This document shows positions 1-10,037 of a stretch of DNA of 64,000 nucleotides, one piece after another. Numbering within the stretch: the first letter of the stretch is position 1; every line of letters begins with the position of its first letter. A model generated the notes under the pieces. That model searched no databases. It saw nothing but the letters and a program-made list of their open reading frames with translations, and was not told the DNA's origin. A program made the position numbers and the translations under genes. This DNA is from an uncultured Victivallales bacterium (GTDB taxonomy: Bacteria; Verrucomicrobiota; Lentisphaeria; Victivallales; UBA1829): positions 84,842 through 148,841 of the forward strand of contig CALXRI010000005.1 in NCBI GenBank assembly GCA_944390795.1, given 5' to 3'.

Positions 1-537
1 TTCCCAGGTGTCGTTCCAGACCAGCTCGTCGTTTTCCTCGGTCGCATAGCGGAAGGAGATCGAACGGACCCGGTCGGCGAGCACCTCCCGGGTATAGGAA
101 TTCTGTTCGGAGTCGTCCTCGTTCCACTGCAGACGCGGATACTGGGAGTATTCGGCGACAAGCTGTTCATTTTCCACCTTGATGCGGAGAAATATCAGCG
201 CGCCCTTGTCATTCCGGTATGCACGGCGGAGCGCGGTGAAATGAATGTTGTCCGATTCCCCTTTGAACACGACGCGCTCCTGATTGAGATCCTCGTCGCG
301 CCAGGTGAACGGAATCATGTTCCGGACACAGTTGTCCATAATGCGGTCGATGGTCTGGTAAGTCTTCAGAAGATCGCTGATCCGGACGGAACGGCGCCAG
401 GCATTGTAGAAAGTCATGGAGGCGGAAGCGATAATCAGCGCGACGAAAATCATGATCGCCATGGCGACGATGATTTCCACGAGCGTGAAAAACGATGCGT
501 CTCTTCTACTCTTCTTCGTTTCCGATTGCGGTCTCAT
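1..537 (-). CDS. minor pseudopilin, GspJ-like (3' end runs off the window, so it is absent from the ORF track)
   Basis: My translation from ATG at 537: MRPQSETKKSRRDASFFTLVEIIVAMAIMIFVALII... This is a prepilin-type N-terminal methylation motif (FTLVE plus a hydrophobic helix). It is the last gene of the pseudopilin block. Confidence 0.7.
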   Translation of the reverse strand, partial: MRPQSETKKSRRDASFFTLVEIIVAMAIMIFVALIIASASMTFYNAWRRSVRISDLLKTYQTIDRIMDNCVRNMIPFTWRDEDLNQERVVFKGESDNIHFTALRRAYRNDKGALIFLRIKVENEQLVAEYSQYPRLQWNEDDSEQNSYTREVLADRVRSISFRYATEENDELVWNDTWE

Positions 538-931
538 AGCTGATCCTGTCGATTCTGATCTGGTCGAGCTGCTTGCCGTCGCCTTCGCGTTCCAGCGTAA
601 TCACCATGCATTTCAGCGGCAGCTGCCCGAGCAGATTGCCGTAGTCCTCCGGAATCTGCTCCTCTGAAACATCTTCGTAGGCGACAGTAATCCGGTAACC
701 CTTGTATGGGAAAAACTCCTCGGGAATGCCGCCGGGATCCTCACCCATGAGCATGAAATACTCTGCCGCCTGGGCAAGCATATGCATATGCTCCCACTTC
801 TCGTAACCGGCAGCAATCCGTTTCTGGGAGGCGATCAGAAGAGAGAGCAGCCCGGTGATGCTCAGCCCCAGAATCCCGAGTGCGACAACAACTTCAATCA
901 AGGTGAAAAGGCGCCGACCCCTCTGAATCAT
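506..931 (-). CDS. minor pseudopilin, GspI-like
   Basis: N-terminus MIQRGRRLFTLIEVVVALGILGL (prepilin cleavage/methylation motif). Size 141 aa. 4-nt overlap with the upstream gene. Confidence 0.75.
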   Translation of the reverse strand: MIQRGRRLFTLIEVVVALGILGLSITGLLSLLIASQKRIAAGYEKWEHMHMLAQAAEYFMLMGEDPGGIPEEFFPYKGYRITVAYEDVSEEQIPEDYGNLLGQLPLKCMVITLEREGDGKQLDQIRIDRISYETAIGNEEE

Positions 932-1479
932 TCTTCCTCGTCTCCCTCATTTCTCGTCAGCAGTCCCGTGAGCGGGGAAATGTCAAAAACTTTCCGAAGC
1001 GTCTGATAGCGCAATTCGAATTTGAGGCTTCCGGAAGCGCCGCCGTCAGAGAAAAAACGGAAAAGTTCGAAATATTCCTTTTCCGCTTCCCGTTCCTTGT
1101 CCGCGAACTCGGTTCCAAGTTCAAAATTTTCGGGCAGAGTCCATTCAACCGCCGCAAGGCGCAGCTTTTCCTCCTCCTCTTCCTTTGCTTCTTCCTCCTT
1201 TGCCTGAAACTCTTCCGGAATCGCCATTTTGAATGTCCTGGTCTCGGGATAGAAGACGACGGTGCGGTCCGCGCCGTTTTCCAGGGCCTGGAAACGGACT
1301 TTCGCGCAGAAGGCTTCAAATTGAAGTCCTGCGCTTTCCATCTGCTGCGCGGGGGATTCCCCCCGGAAGACGGATACGGCCAGAACCGTCGTCAGCGCAA
1401 TGATCGCAATGGTGACGACAAGCTCCAGAAGCGTGAAATGCAAAGGAAGCCGTCTCGGTCTTTTCATCTCGTTTTCCAC
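928..1479 (-). CDS. minor pseudopilin, GspH-like
   Basis: HFTLLELVVTIAIIALTTV prepilin motif. The track start at 1479 is GTG; an alternative ATG lies at 1467 (MKRPRRL). Confidence 0.7.
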   Translation of the reverse strand: MENEMKRPRRLPLHFTLLELVVTIAIIALTTVLAVSVFRGESPAQQMESAGLQFEAFCAKVRFQALENGADRTVVFYPETRTFKMAIPEEFQAKEEEAKEEEEEKLRLAAVEWTLPENFELGTEFADKEREAEKEYFELFRFFSDGGASGSLKFELRYQTLRKVFDISPLTGLLTRNEGDEEE

Positions 1480-1503
1480 GGACAGAATTCAGGGGAGGTC
1501 ATG

Positions 1504-1547
1504 AAAAAATTCCCGCGGGAGCCCGGAAACGGAAGATGCCGCGGGAA
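1504..1547 (-). terminator. hairpin plus U-run directly after gspG (internal attenuator/terminator)
   Basis: Minus strand reads TTCCCGCGG-(20 nt)-CCGCGGGAA followed by TTTTTTC. It sits in the 82-nt gap between the gspG stop (1562) and the next pseudopilin gene. Confidence 0.5.
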
Positions 1548-1561
1548 CTGCCGGAATGCGG

Positions 1562-1984
1562 TCACTCCCAGTTCGTGATGTCGGCGTTCTCGCCTTCGCC
1601 GCCAGGCTGGCCGTCGGCGCCGTAGCTCATGATGTCAAACTCGCGGTGTTCGCCGGGATACACGTAAATGTAGTCGTTGCCCCAGGGATCCTTCGGCACC
1701 GAAGGCTGGAGATAGGGGCCGTTCCATTTGGCGTTCTGATCGACGTTTTCGACCAGCGCACGGAGTCCGACGGTCGAATCCGGATAACTCCCGACATCCA
1801 GCCGGAAGCCGGTCAGAGCCTCCTCCAGAAGCTTGATCTGGGTCCTGGCGGCGCCGACATTCGCCTTCTTGACATAGTTCAGATAAAGCGGCGTCGCAAT
1901 GGACGCCAGCGTGACCAGAATAATGATCACGACGACGACTTCGATCAGGGTGAAGTCCGTTCTTTTCCATCTCTTTCTTCTCAT
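1562..1984 (-). CDS. gspG: major pseudopilin GspG
   Basis: MRRKRWKRTDFTLIEVVVVIIILVTLASIATP..., later DPWGNDYIY and SYGADGQPGG, which are typical GspG signatures. The track ORF (to 2548) is over-extended. ATG at 1984 overlaps the gspF stop (ATGA). Confidence 0.93.
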   Translation of the reverse strand: MRRKRWKRTDFTLIEVVVVIIILVTLASIATPLYLNYVKKANVGAARTQIKLLEEALTGFRLDVGSYPDSTVGLRALVENVDQNAKWNGPYLQPSVPKDPWGNDYIYVYPGEHREFDIMSYGADGQPGGEGENADITNWE

Positions 1985-3198
1985 ATCTTGGGTCCTCCTT
2001 GACTGATTGAGTTGATTTCCATCATAGCCACAAAAATCGATACCACGACAATCAGAACCACGAGCGCCAGAAACACAATCACCGCCGGCTCGAACAGACT
2101 CAGCAGGCGCTTGATCTTCAGGCGCGTGTCGTTTTCCAGATGGTTCGCGATGCGCGAAAGCATCTCGCCGACGGTTCCGGACTCCTCGCCGACCCGCAGC
2201 ATCGGCACCATGCCCGCGGGCACAAACACATTTCCCGCAAGGGCGGCGGAAAGTTTCGCGCCGCCCTTGAGCTTGCGCGAGATATCGCTGAAAGCCTTTG
2301 CCACCACGGGGTTGGAAAGAATCCTCCCGGAGATCCGCACCGTCCGGATGATCTCCACATGATTTGCGATCAGAATCGAAAGGGTGCGGATGTATTTGCA
2401 CATCTCCAAATCCACGATGATCCGTCCGAACAGCGGCAGCGAGAGCAGGAATCTGCTGTAATTGTAGCGGAACGCCTCCTCCCCGAAAAATTTCTTGAGT
2501 CCGGTCCATGCGCCGATCACCAGGCACGGAATCACCCACCATGCCCACGAGGCAAAGGCGCTGACCCCCAGCAGAAAGTTCATCGAGGGCGGCATTTCCC
2601 GCCCCATGTCCTCGAAAATCTTCGCGAAACGCGGTACGAACACGGTGAACAGAAGCACCGTCACAATCAGCGTGATCGAAAGAATCGCAAGAGGATAAAT
2701 CGAACTTGAAATGATGAAATCCTTGAGTTCCTTGCTCTCCCCCATGAACTTGTAGAGCTGCCCGACCACTTCGGGGAGGCAGCCGGTCTCCTCGCCGCTC
2801 TCGATCAGATTCGCATAATATCCCGGAAAAAGCGACCCGTGGGACCGAACCAGTTCGGAGAATTTTTTACCTTCATGAAGCCCCTGCCGGAGAGAGTTGA
2901 CAAAATCGCGCTGTTCCGGATCGACCGCGCTTTCGGCAATGATCGCGAGCGCTTTTTCCAGCGGAATGAAGGAATCCAGAAGCGGGGCGAGCTGACGCGT
3001 GAAGTCATAGGTGTCAATTCTGGAACGGCGGAACATCAGGCCGCCCTTCCCGCCGACGGAAACCTCGCCGTAGAAGCGCACGGGCGTAACCTGGCGGCTG
3101 CGAAGCTTGCCAAGCGCCTCCTTCTCGTTGTCCGCCTCGATCAGCATTTCCTGCGGCTGTTCGCCCTTCGCCGCGGCAAGATATTTGTAAAGCCCCAT
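1981..3198 (-). CDS. gspF: T2SS inner-membrane platform protein GspF
   Basis: 405 aa with the duplicated GspF-type domain layout and three hydrophobic segments. Located between gspE and gspG. Confidence 0.9.
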   Translation of the reverse strand: MGLYKYLAAAKGEQPQEMLIEADNEKEALGKLRSRQVTPVRFYGEVSVGGKGGLMFRRSRIDTYDFTRQLAPLLDSFIPLEKALAIIAESAVDPEQRDFVNSLRQGLHEGKKFSELVRSHGSLFPGYYANLIESGEETGCLPEVVGQLYKFMGESKELKDFIISSSIYPLAILSITLIVTVLLFTVFVPRFAKIFEDMGREMPPSMNFLLGVSAFASWAWWVIPCLVIGAWTGLKKFFGEEAFRYNYSRFLLSLPLFGRIIVDLEMCKYIRTLSILIANHVEIIRTVRISGRILSNPVVAKAFSDISRKLKGGAKLSAALAGNVFVPAGMVPMLRVGEESGTVGEMLSRIANHLENDTRLKIKRLLSLFEPAVIVFLALVVLIVVVSIFVAMMEINSISQGGPKI

Positions 3199-3213
3199 CC
3201 GGAATCCTCCGCG

Positions 3214-4803
3214 TTACAGTTCGGCCGTGGAGCGGTTGAGCTCCTCCTGCGTGGTGACGCCCGCGGCCACCTTTGCCGCTCCGTCCTGCTGCAGGGTCAC
3301 CATGCCGTGCCGGACCGCGATCTCCTGCAGTTCAGAACTCGACGCATTGCGGTTGACCGCCGTGCGAAGCTCGTCATCCAGAAACAGCAGTTCAAAAATG
3401 CCGGAGCGCCCCTTGAATCCGCTGCCGTTGCAGCGGCGGCACTTCACCCCGTGTTCATCCGTGCCCTTTCCATGGCAGACGGTGCAGATTTTCCGGACAA
3501 GACGCTGCGACAGCACCCCGTAGAGCGCGGATGAGACGAGAAAGTTTTCCACGCCCATGTCCAGAAGACGCGTCACCGCGCCGACCGCGTCGTTCGTGTG
3601 CAGTGTGCTCAGAACCAGATGCCCGGTAAGCGCGGCATTGATCGCGATATCCGCCGTTTCGCGGTCGCGGATCTCGCCGACGAGAATGATGTCCGGGTCC
3701 TGCCGGACAATGCTCCGCAGACCGTTGGCGAAGGTCACGCCGATTTTTGCGTTGACCTGCATCTGGCAGAGTCCGCGCATCTTGTATTCCACAGGATCTT
3801 CGACGGTGATGATTTTCTTGCGGCTGTCATTGAGCTGGCTGATCACGCTGTACAGTGTCGTGGTCTTGCCGCTTCCGGTCGGGCCGACAACAAGAATCAT
3901 GCCGTGCGGAATGCTGATGAGGCGCCGGAACTGCGCGAGATGCTCCGGCGACATGCCGAGCGTCTGCAGGTCAAAGGAGATCGCATCCTGATTCAGAAGG
4001 CGCAGAACAATGCTCTCACCCGTCAGAATCGGGATCGTGCTGATGCGCATGTCAAGTTCGGTGCGCCCGAGCTGAACGTTCGTGCGCCCGTCCTGCGGGA
4101 GACGGCTTTCGGCGATGTTGAGCCCGCCGAGCAGCTTGATGCGCGACGCAATTGCGGGAAACTGGTTCAGCGGACAGCTGATGATTTCGGTGAGCACGCC
4201 GTCCACGCGGCAGCGCACCGCGACGTGATCCTCGTCCGGCTCGACGTGAATGTCGCTGGCGCCGAGCTCGATCGCCTGTGTGAAGATGTCGTTCACGAGC
4301 CGGACGATCCGCGCCTCGCCCGCCATCGTGCGGAGCGTGTTTTCGTCATCGACGTCGACCGCCGCCTCCTCGTCTTCCTCCTCCATGCTCTGCGCCTTGC
4401 TGAGAAGCCGCTCAAGAAACGTCCGGCGCACAAAACGGAACTGTGCCTTGCGCTTCCAGCTCTTCTGGACCAGGAACGTCAGCTGATCCAGCGAATAGGG
4501 ATCCACGACGAGGAACGTGATCGAATCCTCTTCCCATTCATAGGGAAGACAGACGTTCGCGTTGAAGAACTCCAGCGGCGCATTCGGGAACGGTTCCGGC
4601 TGACGGATTTCGTCCTCGGCAAGCACCGGAACGCCGTATGCCTCAGAATAAAGCGCAATGAGTTCGGGCTCGGTTGCGGCGGAAGACTGCACGAGCGCGC
4701 GGTCCCCCTCACGGGACGGCCCGGGAGAGTCGGGAAAACGCGCGGCGAAAAGCTGTCTGAGTTTTTCGTGCGGGGAAAGGCTCTTCACGTCAGAAGAGGT
4801 CAT
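3214..4803 (-). CDS. gspE: T2SS ATPase GspE
   Basis: Walker A GPTGSGKTTT, Walker B ILVGEIRD, His box GHLVLSTLHTN, tetracysteine CTVC...CRRC. Confidence 0.93.
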   Translation of the reverse strand: MTSSDVKSLSPHEKLRQLFAARFPDSPGPSREGDRALVQSSAATEPELIALYSEAYGVPVLAEDEIRQPEPFPNAPLEFFNANVCLPYEWEEDSITFLVVDPYSLDQLTFLVQKSWKRKAQFRFVRRTFLERLLSKAQSMEEEDEEAAVDVDDENTLRTMAGEARIVRLVNDIFTQAIELGASDIHVEPDEDHVAVRCRVDGVLTEIISCPLNQFPAIASRIKLLGGLNIAESRLPQDGRTNVQLGRTELDMRISTIPILTGESIVLRLLNQDAISFDLQTLGMSPEHLAQFRRLISIPHGMILVVGPTGSGKTTTLYSVISQLNDSRKKIITVEDPVEYKMRGLCQMQVNAKIGVTFANGLRSIVRQDPDIILVGEIRDRETADIAINAALTGHLVLSTLHTNDAVGAVTRLLDMGVENFLVSSALYGVLSQRLVRKICTVCHGKGTDEHGVKCRRCNGSGFKGRSGIFELLFLDDELRTAVNRNASSSELQEIAVRHGMVTLQQDGAAKVAAGVTTQEELNRSTAEL

Positions 4804-7183
4804 TGGACCAGAACTCCTTCGTTGTCATGATGCGCGGTTTGGAAAGGAACACGCCGTTCTTGCCGGAAAGATTGTCGTCAAAGTCGTTCAGCGCCTTCAG
4901 CGCGTCATTGTAACGTTCGATCAGCTCCTCGACCTTGTTGCGTTCATTGACAATGTAACCTGTCACGAGCACGAGGATTTCCGAACGGTCCACGGAGGCG
5001 TCGGTCGAACCGATCAGGCGCCGCAGAATGGGAATCTGGTTGATGATCGGAACAGAATCAAGCTTGTCGGTCTTCTGCTCCTGAATCAGTCCGCCGAGAA
5101 TCATCGTTTTGCCGTTGGCGATCGTCATGTTCGTGGTGATGCTGCGGTTGTTCTTGTTCGGGTTGGGATTTTCCGCCGTCGAATTTGTGTAATCGACGCT
5201 GGAAAGTTCCTGTTCGACCTTCAGAGAAATCAGATCGTTGCTGGTGATCTGCGGCGTCACGGTGAGAGTCACGCCGGTGGTCTCGTAGTCATAGGTATTC
5301 GACATGCTGCCGGAAGACGAGGTGTTTGTGATCGATCCGGTGATGACGGACACCTCGGTGCCGACATTGATCTTCGCCTCGGTATGACTGGAAACCAGAA
5401 GCTGCGGACTGGAGATGATTTTCGTGTTCCCGTTTCCGGCGAGAGCGCGGATGTAGGCGAATTTGTTGCTGGGATTGTCAGGATCGGAGAGAAAATAGCT
5501 GAAGCCTGTCTGACGGTTCGTCGTTCTGGTGATTTCCCCCGTATTTTCGTCCTTGACCGTCGAGGTGGTCGGCGTGGTGAGATCCGTGTAATTGGTTCCG
5601 ATCAGCGAATGGGTCTTGCTGCCGTTGTAGGCGCCGGAGAGCTCAATGCCGAACTGGGTGGATTCCGTCAGGGAAACCTCGACGATGAGCACCTGCAGAA
5701 GCACCTGCGCGGGCACGACGTCCAGACGGTTGAGCAGCGCCTTGATCGAGGCGTAAGTGCGCGGCGTCGTGCGGACCACCAGGCGGTTCAGAACGCCGTC
5801 GGCGAATACACGCACGGGGGTGTTGAAAACGTTGGAATTCCGGTCGGTCAGCGTATTTTCCGTGCTGTTGATGTCGATCTGCCCCGCAACGGTTCTTGTG
5901 TTGGTGTTCCGGTTTCGGTTCACCTGGGCGGAATTGACGGTTTCCATTTTCGTGTTGCCGGTCGTGGTGTCGATCGTCAGGCTGGATCCCTGAATGTCGT
6001 AGATGATCGAAAGCGCCTGCGCCAGCTGGGAGGCCTTGTTGTGGCGCACCTTGTAGACGAACACACGTTCCTGATCCAGAGAATTCGAGCTGTCAAGCAG
6101 ATCCACCCACTGCTGAATCTCCTGAATTGCCTCCTCGGTCGCGGCGGAAACCACGAGAATGTGAAGACGGTCGAGACCGTTGATCTGGACGGAGCCGGGC
6201 GTCTCGGTCTTGTCCGTGATCTGCTGGACGTTGAATCCGAGCACGGGCAGAATGGTTTTTAGCTCATTGGTCAGCTTGCTCGGGAGAATGTTCGAGCAGA
6301 GAATGATTTTGCGCTTCCAGGAGCTTTTCCCGCTCATATCAATGATGTCGAGCAGCTGCTTGAGCTTCGGCATGTTTGCACGGTCGTCGGCGATCATAAC
6401 CGCATTCGGACGCGTCAGTTCAACACAGACGGCATCCTTCCCGATGAACGGCCGGATCTGGTTGACGACCTCCTTGGCGGTGGTGTTCTTAAGCGGATAG
6501 TAAAAGAGCTCTCCGGTGCCGTCGCTGGCAAGGCGCGAGTCGGACTGCTTGGCGACCTTCGGCAGCGCCATGATCCGCAGAAGGGTTCCCTCGACCGTGA
6601 CGCCGGCTCCCGACAGGTTCAGCATCTTGTCGAAGGTGTCCCAGAGTTCGCGCCTCGTCATCTTCTGGTCGATGTTCAGCGTGACAACTCCCTTGAGATC
6701 GCTGTCCGCCAGAAAGTTGAATCCGAGCGCGTCCGCAAAGGAGGGGATCACGTCCAGCAGCGGCGCGCTGTTGAACACCAGATTCACGGTGATCTCCTCA
6801 TCGCCGTTCAGGATCACGAAATCGTCGTAAAAGTGAAGCGGAGTTTTCGGCGTCTCGGGCTTCGGCGCAAGAGCTGTCACGGGAATTTTTTCAGTTTTGC
6901 TTTTCAAAGTCGAGGGAAGCTCCCGCTCCGCATCGGTCTTCACCAGTTCCTCGTTGATGGATTCCGTCGCGCCGCGCACCTTGGAAATCTCCCTTGATTC
7001 CGTTTTCAGGAATGCGAAACGGTCGGCCTTTCCGGGTTCCTCCTTCTTTTCGGAGTCGTCCTGCGTGATCTCATCCAGATCCCTCTGAAGATGGGAACAG
7101 GACTGGAGAAGCAGCACGCCCAGCGACAGCGCGGCAATCCGGAAGATCCGGAGCATCATTCGATTTTCCACAGCATCAATCAT
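4790..7183 (-). CDS. gspD: secretin GspD
   Basis: 797 aa. N-terminal lipoprotein-like signal MMLRIFRIAALSLGVLLLQSC. C-terminal secretin motif GKTMILGGLIQE...VPIINQIPILRRLIG...ILVLVTGYIV. Confidence 0.9.
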   Translation of the reverse strand: MIDAVENRMMLRIFRIAALSLGVLLLQSCSHLQRDLDEITQDDSEKKEEPGKADRFAFLKTESREISKVRGATESINEELVKTDAERELPSTLKSKTEKIPVTALAPKPETPKTPLHFYDDFVILNGDEEITVNLVFNSAPLLDVIPSFADALGFNFLADSDLKGVVTLNIDQKMTRRELWDTFDKMLNLSGAGVTVEGTLLRIMALPKVAKQSDSRLASDGTGELFYYPLKNTTAKEVVNQIRPFIGKDAVCVELTRPNAVMIADDRANMPKLKQLLDIIDMSGKSSWKRKIILCSNILPSKLTNELKTILPVLGFNVQQITDKTETPGSVQINGLDRLHILVVSAATEEAIQEIQQWVDLLDSSNSLDQERVFVYKVRHNKASQLAQALSIIYDIQGSSLTIDTTTGNTKMETVNSAQVNRNRNTNTRTVAGQIDINSTENTLTDRNSNVFNTPVRVFADGVLNRLVVRTTPRTYASIKALLNRLDVVPAQVLLQVLIVEVSLTESTQFGIELSGAYNGSKTHSLIGTNYTDLTTPTTSTVKDENTGEITRTTNRQTGFSYFLSDPDNPSNKFAYIRALAGNGNTKIISSPQLLVSSHTEAKINVGTEVSVITGSITNTSSSGSMSNTYDYETTGVTLTVTPQITSNDLISLKVEQELSSVDYTNSTAENPNPNKNNRSITTNMTIANGKTMILGGLIQEQKTDKLDSVPIINQIPILRRLIGSTDASVDRSEILVLVTGYIVNERNKVEELIERYNDALKALNDFDDNLSGKNGVFLSKPRIMTTKEFWSNDLF

Positions 7184-7218
7184 TTCAAGACATCCTATGT
7201 TATTTTTACTGCATCACA

Positions 7219-8118
7219 TTATCTTCGGCCGGCGCGTGCGCGGTTCGTCCGCATATTGCCGGTTGCGCTCGGCTGCTGCTGCCGCTGCCGCGCCTGATTC
7301 TGACGCATCATCTGCATCATCTGTCTGTTCTGGAACATCTGCATGCGCTGCATGTTCTGGAGCGTCCGGAGCATCTGGGTTCCGGTGTTCACGCGGCGGT
7401 TCGTGCGACGGACCGTCTGGGGCGCGTTTTTCGAGGCGTCAAGCAGTTCGAGTTCCAGCTTGTCGCTGCCGCGGGTCAGGAGCACGCTGTCGCGGTTCAC
7501 CTCCGCAAGCGTATACCCGTTGCTGAGCGTCTCTCCGAGCCGGACATACTGCTTGTAGGAGACCTGATTGCCGGCGGCCGCCACTGTAATATTGGAATAA
7601 ATCGCCTTCATCTGCCCCCTGACGCCGCGCGCAGCCCCGCGCGTATTCGTGGTATTGACGTTTTCCGTTCTGTTGTTCCGCGCGATTCCCATCTGCCGGC
7701 CCGGAGGCATGATTCCGGGCGGAAGCGGACCGCCGGGAGGAAACGGAGCGTTGCGCCGCGCCGGGGCGCCGGACCCCTTCTGCTTGATGATGGCCCCGAC
7801 ACAGTCTCCGATTTTAAATGTCCCGACCAGCGAAAGTTCGACACGGGTATTTCTGCCGGGCGTGCTCGCATTGGGACAGCGGTCGGCATTGAAGACATTG
7901 GCTTCGATGATCTTTGCAAGCTGCTCGTCCGGCGTCATCTCTTTTTTCCGCGTCTCGGATGCTTTCAAAACCGGCTTTACGGGAGTCTTCAGCGGACGGA
8001 CCGCGGAACGTTTCTTCACGGTGTAAACGGTTTTATCCGCAGACTTGAAATGGGAGGCCACACCCCAGAGAAGCATTGCGGCAAGAAAGAAATTGAACAG
8101 AATCAAGACGGTTTTCAT
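7219..8118 (-). CDS. GspC-like protein (N-terminal TM, HR/PilP-like segments, Q/M/R-rich tail, no PDZ seen)
   Basis: TM helix ILFNFFLAAMLLWGV. Segments LSLVGTFKIGDCVGAIIKQ and YVRLGETLSNGYTLAEVNRDSVLLTRG resemble the GspC HR domain. Operon position is directly upstream of gspD. Confidence 0.5.
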   Translation of the reverse strand: MKTVLILFNFFLAAMLLWGVASHFKSADKTVYTVKKRSAVRPLKTPVKPVLKASETRKKEMTPDEQLAKIIEANVFNADRCPNASTPGRNTRVELSLVGTFKIGDCVGAIIKQKGSGAPARRNAPFPPGGPLPPGIMPPGRQMGIARNNRTENVNTTNTRGAARGVRGQMKAIYSNITVAAAGNQVSYKQYVRLGETLSNGYTLAEVNRDSVLLTRGSDKLELELLDASKNAPQTVRRTNRRVNTGTQMLRTLQNMQRMQMFQNRQMMQMMRQNQARQRQQQPSATGNMRTNRARAGRR

Positions 8119-8798
8119 CTTCGTCCTCCACGACGCTGCGGGATGCGCGCAAGCGTCTTTCCCCCGGGCGGCAGTTCGCCGTCAAAGGCGATCACGCGGA
8201 TGGTTCCGTTGAACATGAGCGTGGTCTGGGTGGCGGCGGTTGTCGCGGTGTTCGACACAACGCGGGTATTCTGCTGATGCGGCGGACGCATCGAAAGATT
8301 CGCCGTGATGCGCCGCCAGGGAAGCGCCGGCTTGTGCGCCTGCAGTTTCGCAATGAAATGCATCAGATTTTCAAACGGTGCGCTGAAGGAGACGTCCAGC
8401 TCCGCAAAATAAAAATCATCATTGATGCGCGAGGTCCGGACGGATCCCAGATTGTTCAGACTGATATCCGTCTCTTTCGCCGTGCTTTCAACAGCCTGAC
8501 GGAGAAGCAGTTCCGGATCTCCGTCGCGTTCGAACTGCCAGCTGTTCTCGATCATGGCGCTGTATTTCTTCTGGATTTCGTCCATTTCATGAAGCTTCTT
8601 CTGCTGTTCCGTCTGTTCCGCTTCCAGTTTTTTGATCTCCTTGCGCAGCGCCTCCTTTGCCGCCTCGTTCGGGAACCAGGCGGAAAAGCTGCCGCCCAGC
8701 TGGGTCAGGAGGAAAATCCAGCTGATCAGGAGCGCGCCGCATGCGACCGTGAGCTTGCCTTTTCCGGTTTTCAGGAATTCCTTGAGCTTCTCATTCAT
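8115..8798 (-). CDS. GspM/PilO-like bitopic membrane protein
   Basis: Single TM LTVACGALLISWIFLLTQLGG followed by a coiled coil. ATGA overlaps on both sides within the T2SS operon. Confidence 0.5.
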   Translation of the reverse strand: MNEKLKEFLKTGKGKLTVACGALLISWIFLLTQLGGSFSAWFPNEAAKEALRKEIKKLEAEQTEQQKKLHEMDEIQKKYSAMIENSWQFERDGDPELLLRQAVESTAKETDISLNNLGSVRTSRINDDFYFAELDVSFSAPFENLMHFIAKLQAHKPALPWRRITANLSMRPPHQQNTRVVSNTATTAATQTTLMFNGTIRVIAFDGELPPGGKTLARIPQRRGGRR

Positions 8799-10018
8799 TT
8801 TCGTTCCTCCGAGGAAACGAGTTTCAGCATGATCGTATTCGTCGTATCATTGTTCCTCCTGCGCTGCTGAATCTGTTCAATCTTCCAGAACTTCAGGGGA
8901 CGGATCATTTCCGGCACATTCAGACTTTCGGCCTCGCTGCGCAGCGTAAGGTCGACACTGTTGTCAGTCCAGCGCAGATTTGTGACCATGACATTGTTCG
9001 GCAGGACTTCGGAAAAGCGCGCCAGTTTTCCGATCACGTCACGCTCCCCCGGAGACTGATGAATGACGCGTGTCAGCTCGCGGAGTTCCTTTTCCGCCGT
9101 CTTGAGCTTCCGCTGGGAATTCATGACCTGTGTCCGGAGACGGTTCCGCGCGGCAGTCAGCGAGGAATACTCCCTGCGGTTGGCGGAGAGACTGCCGGCA
9201 AGTCCCCATGCGAAGTTCACGAACAGCAGAACCAGCAGCAGCGCGGTCAGACGCAGCTGATTGCGCAGACGGCTCGGACGCAGCTGCCGGGGCAGGACAT
9301 TGAGCCCCGCAAATGTATGCTTCACGTCAGCGGTGGCGGCAAGACGCGCGCACAGGAGACAGCCAAGCCATTCGGAAAGCTTGAACTCCGGATCATCCGG
9401 CAGCAGGAAGCTGCCGCGCATTTCCTTTTCCCAGAAGGAAAGCCACGCCGGCGGCAAGTCTGCTGCCGGATGCCATTCCCCGTCATCAAAATAAAAGTCA
9501 CTTTCCACTTCGGGCAGATAAACGGGGCCGTCGGATTCCCGGAGCGCAAGAAGCGGATAAACGAAATAATCGGCTTTCCCGATGCTCTGCGTCAGCATGG
9601 CGGCAAGACGCTCCTTGTCCATGGCGGGAAACGCGTAGACATTCACGGGAATGTTCTCGCCCTCCCCGCCGGGAAGAGCGACGAATTCCAGCTCAAAATC
9701 CGCAGTATCCTGAAGCAGTCTCCGGGGAAGTTCAAATTCCAGGGCGTTGCGCATCGCCTTCGGAGCAAGTCTTACGCCATTGCAGCGGAAAAAAGTCCCC
9801 CCTTTCAGCGCTCCGGACAGAATCAGCGGGCAGACACGGCTGTACGATGTCTCCCGCAGAACCTGTTTCCATGCTTTCGCAGGATCGGTTCCGTCATGCG
9901 CGCAAACCGCATAAGATTTCAGCCGGACACCTTTTGAATCGCGGCGGAATGTGCAGCACCTGACGCTGTCGGAGGAAAAAAGAAGAACGGCAAACTCTTT
10001 CAACACGGAAAATTTCAT
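8795..10018 (-). CDS. GspL-like assembly protein (PilM-like cytoplasmic domain + TM + PilN-like region)
   Basis: 407 aa. One central TM LRLTALLLVLLFVNFAWGLAG followed by a coiled coil. Operon context. Confidence 0.5.
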   Translation of the reverse strand: MKFSVLKEFAVLLFSSDSVRCCTFRRDSKGVRLKSYAVCAHDGTDPAKAWKQVLRETSYSRVCPLILSGALKGGTFFRCNGVRLAPKAMRNALEFELPRRLLQDTADFELEFVALPGGEGENIPVNVYAFPAMDKERLAAMLTQSIGKADYFVYPLLALRESDGPVYLPEVESDFYFDDGEWHPAADLPPAWLSFWEKEMRGSFLLPDDPEFKLSEWLGCLLCARLAATADVKHTFAGLNVLPRQLRPSRLRNQLRLTALLLVLLFVNFAWGLAGSLSANRREYSSLTAARNRLRTQVMNSQRKLKTAEKELRELTRVIHQSPGERDVIGKLARFSEVLPNNVMVTNLRWTDNSVDLTLRSEAESLNVPEMIRPLKFWKIEQIQQRRRNNDTTNTIMLKLVSSEERK

Positions 10019-10037
10019 GAAAGACTTCCCAGCTGTG

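Noticed and set aside
1985-2548. 5' extension of the gspG ORF (track 1562-2548)
   Set aside because: It lies inside gspF in another frame. GspG starts at MRRKRWKRTDFTLIE, with ATGA coupling to gspF.
3598-6262. Long plus-strand ORFs (3598-4830, 410 aa; 4658-6262, 534 aa) opposite gspE and gspD
   Set aside because: They are antisense shadows of unambiguous genes in GC-rich DNA. The translations are R/G/A/D-rich, carry no motifs, and lack plausible RBS or start context.
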